A DNA stretch of 61,374 nucleotides, from positions 1-61,374 of the forward strand of contig JAZBOU010000125.1 of NCBI GenBank assembly GCA_036351275.1, written 5' to 3'. Positions within the stretch are counted from its first letter, which is position 1, and each line of letters begins with the position of its first letter. This document shows positions 27,693 to 35,539 of the stretch, piece after piece. The notes under the pieces are model-generated. The model was not told the origin of the DNA, made no database searches, and saw only the letters and a list, made by a program, of their open reading frames with translations. Source of the DNA: Bacteroidales bacterium. GTDB taxonomy: Bacteria; Bacteroidota; Bacteroidia; Bacteroidales; B18-G4. A program made the translations under genes and the position numbers.

Positions 27693-30368
27693 TTAATAAA
27701 AAACGATCTCCACTCCCGGTTTTTTCTCCTGGAATTTTTCCACCTTTTTCTCTTTCAGATTGGTGTTATAACATTTAAGGAGTTTCAGTTTGGTCAACCC
27801 TTCCAGCGGATCCAGGGATTTAACCCTGGTGTTGTATATCGAGAGTTCCTCAAGATTGCCAAGGAAAGCCAGCTCATCGATCTTTTTGATGTCGGTGCCG
27901 GCCATATCCAGTACCCTCAGCCTGGTCAGCCCTGTAAGGGCTTCGAGATCATCCACCCGTGTGTTCCTGAATTCCAGTTCAAGCAGGTTTGTAAGGCCTG
28001 AAATAGCTTCGAGGCTGGACACGGGATTGTTGGAGATATTCAGTTTTTCTATTGTGCCCATCGTTGATATGGGGCTCAGATCGGCGATCTGTGTGTCGTT
28101 CATCTTCAACGACTGCAGCAGGTAGAGCTTAAGCAAGGGGGTGAGCCCCGTGATGGCATTATTTTGCGAGATATCGATCTCCGTTAGGTCGGCGATTCGC
28201 TGCAGATCTTCCGCCCCGGGCTCACCTTTGATGCCCGAAGCCTTACTGAAGACCTCCCTCCATGGAGCAGGCAGCGCCGTCCACCATGCCTGCAATTCTG
28301 AAGTCTGGTACACAATGGTGGTTTCCGGATTGTCTTTCCTGAAAGCGATGACCTCTCCCATATCCACAGCTGTTTCTTCAGCATATATCAGGTCGATATT
28401 GGATTTGCCAAATACATTGATCTTAGCGGTTGCAGTTCCATTGATCTTAAGTACCCGCATTCCTTTGATCCTCGAGATGCATTCAATATTGCTTATTGCC
28501 GTGTTGCTGAGGTCAAGGTAATCGAGCTTGGTCAGATCGTGCAGGGGTTCGCAGTTACTCACCGGTGTGTAGGAGCAATCAAGGTACTGGAGATCGATCA
28601 GTTCTGACAGAGGCCAGAGGTTATCGATACTGGTGTGGCTGCAGTCGAGTTTATTCAGGTGCACCAGATTCTTTACAGGCAACAAACTGCTGATGCCGTG
28701 CTTACCGGAAACATCGATCTCGGTGATCTTTATCGCCCGGTGCAGCTGTTCTTTGGTCGGTTCCGGGTCAAGCTGAACCTGCTCCCGGAAAATATCCCGC
28801 CATGCTTCAGGCATCTTGTACCACCAGTTCGTAAGTGCAACCGACTCATAAATGACCATCACATTCGTATTGGCAGCCATGAATTTATTCGCTTTACCGG
28901 CTGTGATCCCGGTATTATCGCAATAGATGCTTTCAAGCTTCTCAAGTCCGCTGAGTGGGTTCAGGTCGCTTACATTGGTGGTGTCGAGGTATATGGTCTG
29001 GAGCTTTTCCAGTCCCGCGAGCGGCTGAAGGTTTTCTACCGCGGTATTGCTCATGTAAAGCCTCTCGAGGTTTTCCAATCCCCTGATCGGATCCAGGTCG
29101 CGAACATAGGTTCCTGACAGATTTAGTATCCTCAGTGATGTCAGCTTTTCCAGTGGTGAGAGATCGGCGATCATGGTGTTGTTCATCCTCAAGTCCTCGA
29201 GATGCTTCATTTCCCTTAACATCTCAATACTGTCTACCGTGGTATTGCTAATGTCGAGCTGTTCAAGATTTCTCAGATTCGAAAGTAATTTTGCATCCTG
29301 TATGATGGTGGAGCTGATATCCAGGCTTTTCAGGGAGATGGAATACTGGAGTGGGGCAATGCTTTTCACAGGGGTGCCGGAACAATCGAGCGACCTGATG
29401 TTAATGAGGTTTCTGAGGGGATGCAGGTCATCGACCAGGGTATTTGCGCAGCTTACCTTTTTTAATTCACCCATGCTTGAAAGCGGGGTCAGACTGTTAA
29501 TGTTCAGGTTATTGCTGATATCGATCTCCGTTTCGGATGACAGCCGTTGCAGCATACGGTAGGCTACATTTTTTTGCAGGATCAGGGTATCGGTGAGCAA
29601 TGCCTCCAGGGTATCTGTTTCTTCAATAAAAAGCGTATCGCCACCATAAACAAGGAAAGTGTCGACAGGCACCTCGACCATGCCAAAATGTTGCGCGACA
29701 GCAATGGAGTCGTTGATCTCAATAACATTCGACAGGCGTACCGTATCGGTGATGATGGCTTCGTGCCCGAGCACTTCCCTCCAGGCTGTGGGCATATTGT
29801 TCCACCAGGCAAAAAGTTCTTCCCGCTCATCGATCTTGGTAGTATAGATGGATACGATCCTCAGGTCCTGTGCTTCTTCATCGAAATTGACCTCGATAAA
29901 TCGTTCACGGTTTGACGAGACAGTGTCGTCGGTGATGGTCGTCGCATTAAGGGTACGCGTCAGGGTAACCAGGAAGTAAAGTTCCTGCTCGGCAGTGTAA
30001 CGTTGTTCTATGCTGCTTACATTGAGGCTGAAAACAGCCTGTTTAAAAAAGAAGTCGATGTCTTTAAGGTAAGCCTGAACATCCTTGTTTATGAGGGTTT
30101 CCCTGTTGTCGTCGAGATCATCTTCGATCTGTACTTCCGCATCACGGAATATCTTTGCATAACTCTGGTTGATGATAACATCCTTGTCTCTTACCGGTGT
30201 AGCGGGATCACCCAGGGTATTGAAGGAATACTCGAGAAAGTCGACGAGATTCTGAACATTGACTTTATATTCCGTGATCTTTTCAGGATTGATATCCTGT
30301 TGGGCCGATATGCCAGCCGGGAAGAGGAATAACAGCAAGAAGGCAACAAAGAAGTAAATTTTACTCAT
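27693..30368 (-). CDS. Secreted leucine-rich-repeat protein (three cassettes of 22-aa internalin-like LRRs)
   Basis: I prefer the start at MSKIYFFVAFLLLFLFPAGISAQ (signal peptide), 13 codons inside the track ORF. About 25 repeats fit LxxLxxLxxLdxSxTxVxDLxPL. There is no T9SS tail. Confidence 0.8.
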   Translation of the reverse strand: MSKIYFFVAFLLLFLFPAGISAQQDINPEKITEYKVNVQNLVDFLEYSFNTLGDPATPVRDKDVIINQSYAKIFRDAEVQIEDDLDDNRETLINKDVQAYLKDIDFFFKQAVFSLNVSSIEQRYTAEQELYFLVTLTRTLNATTITDDTVSSNRERFIEVNFDEEAQDLRIVSIYTTKIDEREELFAWWNNMPTAWREVLGHEAIITDTVRLSNVIEINDSIAVAQHFGMVEVPVDTFLVYGGDTLFIEETDTLEALLTDTLILQKNVAYRMLQRLSSETEIDISNNLNINSLTPLSSMGELKKVSCANTLVDDLHPLRNLINIRSLDCSGTPVKSIAPLQYSISLKSLDISSTIIQDAKLLSNLRNLEQLDISNTTVDSIEMLREMKHLEDLRMNNTMIADLSPLEKLTSLRILNLSGTYVRDLDPIRGLENLERLYMSNTAVENLQPLAGLEKLQTIYLDTTNVSDLNPLSGLEKLESIYCDNTGITAGKANKFMAANTNVMVIYESVALTNWWYKMPEAWRDIFREQVQLDPEPTKEQLHRAIKITEIDVSGKHGISSLLPVKNLVHLNKLDCSHTSIDNLWPLSELIDLQYLDCSYTPVSNCEPLHDLTKLDYLDLSNTAISNIECISRIKGMRVLKINGTATAKINVFGKSNIDLIYAEETAVDMGEVIAFRKDNPETTIVYQTSELQAWWTALPAPWREVFSKASGIKGEPGAEDLQRIADLTEIDISQNNAITGLTPLLKLYLLQSLKMNDTQIADLSPISTMGTIEKLNISNNPVSSLEAISGLTNLLELEFRNTRVDDLEALTGLTRLRVLDMAGTDIKKIDELAFLGNLEELSIYNTRVKSLDPLEGLTKLKLLKCYNTNLKEKKVEKFQEKKPGVEIVFY

Positions 30369-31206
30369 GGTATATGTAGTTGAGCAGGATATCCCTGTTC
30401 TTGTCATCTATCTCCAGGAGGTTGGAGATCAGCCATCCGCTATTATACCCGTCGCGATTGAAGTACGTAAGTTCAAAATACCATCCGTCTATCTGGAAGA
30501 AATGAAATTTCAGGTCCTTTACTGTTTTGAACTCCAGCCTCCCTTCCTTGATCTCATAAAAGAACAAAGATAAGTAATCGGGCGTAAAGTCCCGCCGGGC
30601 AAAATATTCCAGGCTGTCGTTCTCATTGAACACCCTGAAAATATTCATAAATCCGACTTCATGACTCAGGGGATGGAGGAACTTGCTGTCGTTGAAGTGG
30701 CTGTTATCGGGTTTTTTCAGTACATCATGAAAAGGTTTGAAATATACCCCGTCGATCACCCATTTTGAGCCGACTTCTTCTTCCTGCAACGCCATTAAAA
30801 GGGTTAATTCTTCCTCTACGCCACGGTACCGGAATATTGTTTTCAGCTCACAGATCCAGGCGCCGCCATGGAATTCGAGGTAGATGGGGTCATTCTTGTC
30901 AAGCACCAGTTCAGTGAACTTTTCTTTGGCTGCTTCCGAGAGTATAGTGTTCTCAAGGTTGAAGAGGTTAGGGAGGTACTTTTTCCGCAATTTATAGGTG
31001 CGAAAGTCTTTGTCTTTGGCATACAGCCGCTCTCCATGCTTATCCTCTTCCCCGTTAAACCTCCGGAAGAACTGGTTCACCTGCTTTGTTTCAGCATAAA
31101 GCTCCGACTCGTCATACTGAAAACTCCCAATATCCTGGGTTTCCGCCTGCCACGGCAATAATACCAACAATAGCATTATTGCCGGGATAAAAATGCGTTT
31201 TAGCAT
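30361..31206 (-). CDS. Hypothetical secreted protein (281 aa)
   Basis: It has a signal peptide (AIMLLLVLLPWQAETQ). Its stop overlaps the LRR gene start by 8 nt (ATGAGTAA). I recognise no motif. Confidence 0.6.
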   Translation of the reverse strand: MLKRIFIPAIMLLLVLLPWQAETQDIGSFQYDESELYAETKQVNQFFRRFNGEEDKHGERLYAKDKDFRTYKLRKKYLPNLFNLENTILSEAAKEKFTELVLDKNDPIYLEFHGGAWICELKTIFRYRGVEEELTLLMALQEEEVGSKWVIDGVYFKPFHDVLKKPDNSHFNDSKFLHPLSHEVGFMNIFRVFNENDSLEYFARRDFTPDYLSLFFYEIKEGRLEFKTVKDLKFHFFQIDGWYFELTYFNRDGYNSGWLISNLLEIDDKNRDILLNYIYHE

Positions 31207-31212
31207 GGAAAA

Positions 31213-31788
31213 TTATTTAGTTGTTTCAACCACCCTGATGTCGCCGAGGAGTACGTCCCAGAAACCGATCAGTTTCCCCTGGATCTGGGTTTGCTTTCGT
31301 TCTACATATACCGTGATGTCTTTTTTTGTAACATCTTTGTATATAAGTCCATCGTCGGAGGTACCTTCAAAGCGCTGGAAAATGGTGATAACACCCACAT
31401 ACCTTCCGTCAGGTTGCAGTTCCAGATCACTGATATACTCTATGTTGAACCATTCGATCTTGACTTTGTCGTAGTTGAGCAGCATCAACCTTTCGAGGTA
31501 TTCCTTTATTCCGTAATAGGTCACCTCTTCGCGGTACAGGGATGAAACACCCATCTGTGCGTCTTCGACAAATAGTTCAAGGGTGCGGTCGATCACCCTC
31601 TTGGCTTCGGAAAAAGGCGTTTGCTTGTTTCCGATGATGCTGATGTATTTTCCGAGGTCACGGATCTTTTCCATGGCCAGGCTGTCGATGGCCCTTTTCC
31701 TTTCAGGACTGATGTCGGTCTGTGCCTGAGCAGTATAGCTGAAAGCCATACCGGTCAGAAGTAATATTATCAGGCTAATTCTTTTCAT
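31213..31788 (-). CDS. Hypothetical secreted protein (191 aa)
   Basis: It has a signal peptide (LLLLTGMAFSYTAQAQ). The body resembles the N-terminal module of the LRR protein. Confidence 0.6.
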   Translation of the reverse strand: MKRISLIILLLTGMAFSYTAQAQTDISPERKRAIDSLAMEKIRDLGKYISIIGNKQTPFSEAKRVIDRTLELFVEDAQMGVSSLYREEVTYYGIKEYLERLMLLNYDKVKIEWFNIEYISDLELQPDGRYVGVITIFQRFEGTSDDGLIYKDVTKKDITVYVERKQTQIQGKLIGFWDVLLGDIRVVETTK

Positions 31789-31791
31789 GGT

Positions 31792-32424
31792 TTAATAATC
31801 CTTTTTGATAAGTTCAAGTAATTTGATCTTCCCGTTATCGTTGTATTCGATATTATCGATCTCGTTCAGGTTCTTTTTCTGGTCTTTCAGGTATTCAAGG
31901 TACTTCTTCGCCGTGGTGGGCCTGTCATAGTCTTTCAGGTCGCCATCCTGGCTGATGATGATAAGTACCGGTGTATTAGGGCTTTCGAAGAGGCTGAGTG
32001 CTTCATTGATCTTTTTGTTCGCATTTTCAATGCTTGACGCTCCGGCCACCAGTGCGAAGTAATCGGCCAGCGACAAGCTCATGGCCTCGTCATTTTTCTT
32101 GTTCTCCTCCTCCCATTTTCTTCGCATTTCTTCTTCCTGATCTGCAATGACCTGCTCGGCTTCACGTATGAGCGCAAGTATTTCGGGTTCGTTCAGGTTC
32201 ATGTCCTTCACCCTTTGCAGTTTGCTTTTTTTGTCATTCAGGCTCATGTTGTCGTCGTTAATGATCGACAGCAGGTCCTGCCTGGCTGTTTCAACTTTTT
32301 TTGCGTACTCAGCAGCAGCCTGTTCGCGTGCAAGCTTCTTCTTGCTTTTACATCCCGACATACCGGATCCCAAACTGACGGCGATCATCATCAGAAATGT
32401 AATTTTGAGGATTTGTTTGATCAT
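31792..32424 (-). CDS. Hypothetical lipoprotein (210 aa) with coiled-coil segment
   Basis: It has a lipobox-like LGSGMSGC, a K/E-rich helical region, and a C-terminal module with a YLEYL motif. Confidence 0.6.
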   Translation of the reverse strand: MIKQILKITFLMMIAVSLGSGMSGCKSKKKLAREQAAAEYAKKVETARQDLLSIINDDNMSLNDKKSKLQRVKDMNLNEPEILALIREAEQVIADQEEEMRRKWEEENKKNDEAMSLSLADYFALVAGASSIENANKKINEALSLFESPNTPVLIIISQDGDLKDYDRPTTAKKYLEYLKDQKKNLNEIDNIEYNDNGKIKLLELIKKDY

Positions 32425-32483
32425 CTTATTGATGTGTTAAGCGTTTAGTAAAGAGGTATTAAACATTTTTGTATATCAACGCA

Positions 32484-32491
32484 CAAAACTA
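32484..32491 (-). promoter_or_regulatory. -7 promoter box TAgtTTTG (minus strand)
   Basis: CAAAacTA on the plus strand, 59 nt upstream of the ATG at 32424. This is the candidate promoter of the four-gene operon. Confidence 0.4.
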
Positions 32492-32586
32492 TATTAAATT
32501 TTGTTAGATAAATAAATTGTATACAATTGAAATTAACAGGATGTTGTGCATAAGTGGGAGGCAGAGTCTGGCTAATGAAATCTTTC

Positions 32587-32594
32587 TATTTTTG
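32587..32594 (+). promoter_or_regulatory. -7 promoter box TAttTTTG
   Basis: TAnnTTTG match 65 nt upstream of the ATG at 32660. Confidence 0.45.
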
Positions 32595-32659
32595 CACCTC
32601 ACCCGTGAACCCCGTACCTCTGGCCAGGGCGTGAGGAGGGTGATTGAAAAAGCTGATAC

Positions 32660-33487
32660 ATGAAAAAAATCATAGAGTCAAAAGATTACCTTCAGCAAAA
32701 AGGTGTGAGTTCACCGGAGATAGGCATAATCCTGGGTACGGGACTTGGGAAACTGGTTGACCGGATAAACATTGAGCTAAAAATTCCCTACGAGGATATT
32801 CCGTATTTCCCGGTATCGACCGTGGAATTTCATAAAGGTGAGCTTATTTACGGCAGCCTTTCAGGAAAGAAAGTGCTTGCCATGCACGGGCGTTTCCACT
32901 ATTACGAAGGATACAGCCTTCAGGAAGTGGTATTTCCCGTAAGGGTGATGAAGATGCTGGGGATCAAAGCACTTCTGGTTTCCAATGCCTGCGGTACCAT
33001 TAACATGAATATACCCAAGGGCAGCCTCATGATGTTAAACGATCATATTAACATGCTTGGCGATAACCCGCTGATAGGCCCCAACTATGATGAACTCGGT
33101 CCGCGCTTCCCGGATATGAGCGAGCCTTACAGCCGGGAGATCAATGAACTCTTGAGGCGGGCAGCGGAAGAGAGAGGCATTATGCTTCATGAAGGTGTTT
33201 ATGCTGCCTTTCCGGGACCCATGCTGGAAACCAGGGCGGAATACCGCTTCCTTCAACGCATCGGGGCTGATGTGGTGGGGATGTCGACCGTGCCTGAAGC
33301 AATTGCGGCACGTCATATGGGACTTCCATGTTCTGCAATTTCTGTGATCACCGACGAATGCGACCCGGATAACCTTGCCGTTGCGGATATCAAAGATATA
33401 CTGGCAACCGCCGCCCTTGCGGAAGAAGACCTCATCGTTTTGTTTGAGGAAGTTGTTGCCAAGCTGACAGTAGGCAGAAGGAAGTAG
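32660..33487 (+). CDS. Purine nucleoside phosphorylase (PunA/PNP-I, inosine-guanosine type)
   Basis: It has GIILGTGLG, HGRFHYYEG, SNACG and GADVVGMSTVPE blocks of the trimeric PNP/MTAP family. The last codons lie in a heptamer repeat. Confidence 0.88.
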   Translation: MKKIIESKDYLQQKGVSSPEIGIILGTGLGKLVDRINIELKIPYEDIPYFPVSTVEFHKGELIYGSLSGKKVLAMHGRFHYYEGYSLQEVVFPVRVMKMLGIKALLVSNACGTINMNIPKGSLMMLNDHINMLGDNPLIGPNYDELGPRFPDMSEPYSREINELLRRAAEERGIMLHEGVYAAFPGPMLETRAEYRFLQRIGADVVGMSTVPEAIAARHMGLPCSAISVITDECDPDNLAVADIKDILATAALAEEDLIVLFEEVVAKLTVGRRK

Positions 33488-33499
33488 GCAGTAGGCAGT
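33470..33499. repeat. Heptamer array GTAGGCA / GAAGGAA / GTAGGCA x2
   Basis: Direct reading. It spans the PNP stop codon. Confidence 0.8.
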
Positions 33500-33587
33500 C
33501 CCGAAAAAATGCAAATCTTTGATATGCTCTTTTTTCGAGGATGCATGGCATCCGAGAAACCTCCTTCACAACAAATTGCCCTCATAA

Positions 33588-34550
33588 TTAATGAAGTTTC
33601 AACACCTGCCCCGTCTTCGCCTCCGTACCCTCCTCCATCTTATTATGCTTGTAAAATGAGCCCAGTCGTATTCCGTAAAGCTGAGCAATAGAATGCATGC
33701 TTTCACCTGGCCTGGCGGTGTGTGTGCCGGCCTCCTTGTTTTTTTTGTTTTTCTTCTCGATGTAGATCATTTCACCCTCTTTCAGGGTGTGTTTCTTGTC
33801 CAGTTCATTGTACTTCGGAAGCTGCCAGGAATAGATCTCAAAATCGGCGGCGATCTCAGAAAAACTATCGCCGGAACCGGCAAAGATGAATTTAGCGCCA
33901 TTGTTTACGTAGACTTTTCGCCCGGTTTCCCATATTTCGACAAGTTCAAAATCAGATGAAGAGGGTGGGGGCAGGGAGTTTGCCGATACTGAATGGTTTG
34001 GAATGCTGTTTTGTTCTGAACGTGCCAGGTGGACAGGAGTAACCCCCTTATCGAACTCGTAGAGGTGGTTTTCTTCGATGATCTTGATGAGCAGATGCGG
34101 GTAACGTGGATTCGTGGCATAGCCGGCCTTTTTCAAACCACGGGCCCAGCCTTTGTAATCTGTGGTCTTAAGGTTGAACAGGTCCGCATAGCGGTCGCGG
34201 GTGGTCAGGAAGATCGAATGGTCACGGTATGACTCATCCGGGTTCTTGTATCTGCGGAAGCATTCGTCCCTGGCATCATCATCCATGTGGTAGGTCTTGC
34301 CGTTCCATCCCTTGTGGCATTTGATCCCAAAGTGGTTGTTGGCCTTGCGCGCAAGTTCGCTGTTCCCGCTGCCTGATTCAAGAATGCCCTGGGCCAGGGT
34401 GATGGAAGCGGGGATGCCATACTCTTCCATCTTCTCGATGGCAACATCCTTATAGGTCATGATGTATTCATCGACTGTGATCTTTTGCTGGGCAACAGCT
34501 GAAGCCAGAAAAAACCAGGATAATACCAGAATGCTTAAGCCTTTTTTCAT
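33588..34550 (-). CDS. Secreted peptidoglycan hydrolase: N-acetylglucosaminidase (GH73-like) with two LysM domains
   Basis: It has a signal peptide from the ATG at 34550 (MKKGLSILVLSWFFLASAVA), the glucosaminidase block ITLAQGILESGSGNSELARKANNHFGIKC, and LysM-like segments (FSEIAADFEIYSWQLPKYN and MHSIAQLYGIRLGSFYKHN). Confidence 0.8.
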   Translation of the reverse strand: MKKGLSILVLSWFFLASAVAQQKITVDEYIMTYKDVAIEKMEEYGIPASITLAQGILESGSGNSELARKANNHFGIKCHKGWNGKTYHMDDDARDECFRRYKNPDESYRDHSIFLTTRDRYADLFNLKTTDYKGWARGLKKAGYATNPRYPHLLIKIIEENHLYEFDKGVTPVHLARSEQNSIPNHSVSANSLPPPSSSDFELVEIWETGRKVYVNNGAKFIFAGSGDSFSEIAADFEIYSWQLPKYNELDKKHTLKEGEMIYIEKKNKKNKEAGTHTARPGESMHSIAQLYGIRLGSFYKHNKMEEGTEAKTGQVLKLH

Positions 34551-34556
34551 GCGTTG

Positions 34557-34564
34557 CAAAAATA
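34557..34564 (-). promoter_or_regulatory. -7 promoter box TAttTTTG (minus strand), only 6 nt before the ATG
   Basis: CAAAaaTA on the plus strand, immediately upstream of the ATG at 34550. Confidence 0.45.
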
Positions 34565-34637
34565 AGAGCCTTACTTGACATTAACCGACTATTTTAACAC
34601 ATGTTTTACACAAATTATTGTTCATTACAGGGATAGA

Positions 34638-34792
34638 GGGTTCAGGGCTCAGGGTTCAGGGTGCAGGGAGGGTATATGGTTTGTGGTTTGTGGTATGTGG
34701 TATGCGGCTTGAGGTATTCAGTAATTCTGATTTCTGATTTCAATTTCTGATTTCTGATTTCATCTCGTCCCCCGTCCCCCGCCCCCCGTCCC
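34638..34792. repeat. Composite array of four different heptamer repeat families (GGGTTCA-like x5, TGGTTTG/TGGTATG x6, TTCTGAT-like x5, CCCGTCC-like x4)
   Basis: Direct reading of about 155 bp of back-to-back 7-nt periodic blocks in the divergent intergenic region. Confidence 0.9.
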
Positions 34793-34803
34793 TGTATTAT
34801 TGT

Positions 34804-34811
34804 TAGCTTTG
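34804..34811 (+). promoter_or_regulatory. -7 promoter box TAgcTTTG, 4 nt before the ATG
   Basis: TAnnTTTG match directly abutting the rsmG start at 34816. Confidence 0.45.
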
Positions 34812-34815
34812 TTGC

Positions 34816-35454
34816 ATGGAGATGATCAAAAAATTCTTCCCTGAGCTAAGCAAGGAACAACTTGAGCAGTTATCAAAGTTATTCGGGCTTTATACCTACT
34901 GGAACGAGCGTATAAACCTAATTTCCCGTAAGGATATTGAGCACCTTGAAGTAAGGCACATCCTTCATTCGCTGGCGATTGCGAAGATCATCCAGTTCCG
35001 GCCGGGCACGAAAGTTTTCGATGTTGGGACCGGCGGTGGATTTCCCGGCATCCCGCTGGCCATCCTGTTCCCGGAGGTTGAATTTACCCTGGTCGATTCG
35101 ATCGGGAAGAAGATCAGGGTTGTGCAGGAAGTTGTGGATGCACTTCAACTGGGTAATGTCAAAGCACTTCAAATCCGTGCCGAGCAGCTCGATGACGAGT
35201 TCGATTTCATCGTGAGCCGCGCCGTGACCAGGTTGCCTGCATTCATATCCTGGGTCAGGGATAAAGTAAAGGCAGAGAATTTTAATTCATTGAATAACGG
35301 TATCCTTTACCTGAAGGGGGGCGATATTGAGGAAGAACTGAACAGCATTCGCTTCCCTTATGCCGTGTATGATCTTGACATTGATCTTCCCCTGGAATTT
35401 TTCAACACCAAAAAGCTGGTATATATATCGCTGTCGGGAGTCGTTAATAAATAA
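34816..35454 (+). CDS. rsmG: 16S rRNA (guanine527-N7)-methyltransferase RsmG
   Basis: It has WNERINLISRKD, VFDVGTGGGFPGIPLAI and VDSIGKK motifs. Confidence 0.9.
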   Translation: MEMIKKFFPELSKEQLEQLSKLFGLYTYWNERINLISRKDIEHLEVRHILHSLAIAKIIQFRPGTKVFDVGTGGGFPGIPLAILFPEVEFTLVDSIGKKIRVVQEVVDALQLGNVKALQIRAEQLDDEFDFIVSRAVTRLPAFISWVRDKVKAENFNSLNNGILYLKGGDIEEELNSIRFPYAVYDLDIDLPLEFFNTKKLVYISLSGVVNK

Positions 35455-35539
35455 ATTGCTCTGCTTAAAGCTTAGCCTGTAATATTTTATCTATATTCGC
35501 CTTCTCAAAATTTCAGAAATCAATTCAAAATAAACTATT

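Noticed and set aside
32595-32659. Structured 5' leader upstream of the purine nucleoside phosphorylase gene as a possible purine-type riboswitch (CCTCAC..CTGGCCAG..GTGAGG pairing).
   Set aside because: Only a simple hairpin can be drawn. I cannot find the conserved three-way junction or loop-loop core of guanine/adenine/2'-dG riboswitches. It would need a covariance-model scan (Rfam) to revive.
34638-34792. Possibility that the periodic arrays are CRISPR arrays.
   Set aside because: The period is 7-8 nt with no spacers and no cas genes. CRISPR repeats are 24-48 nt and are separated by unique spacers.
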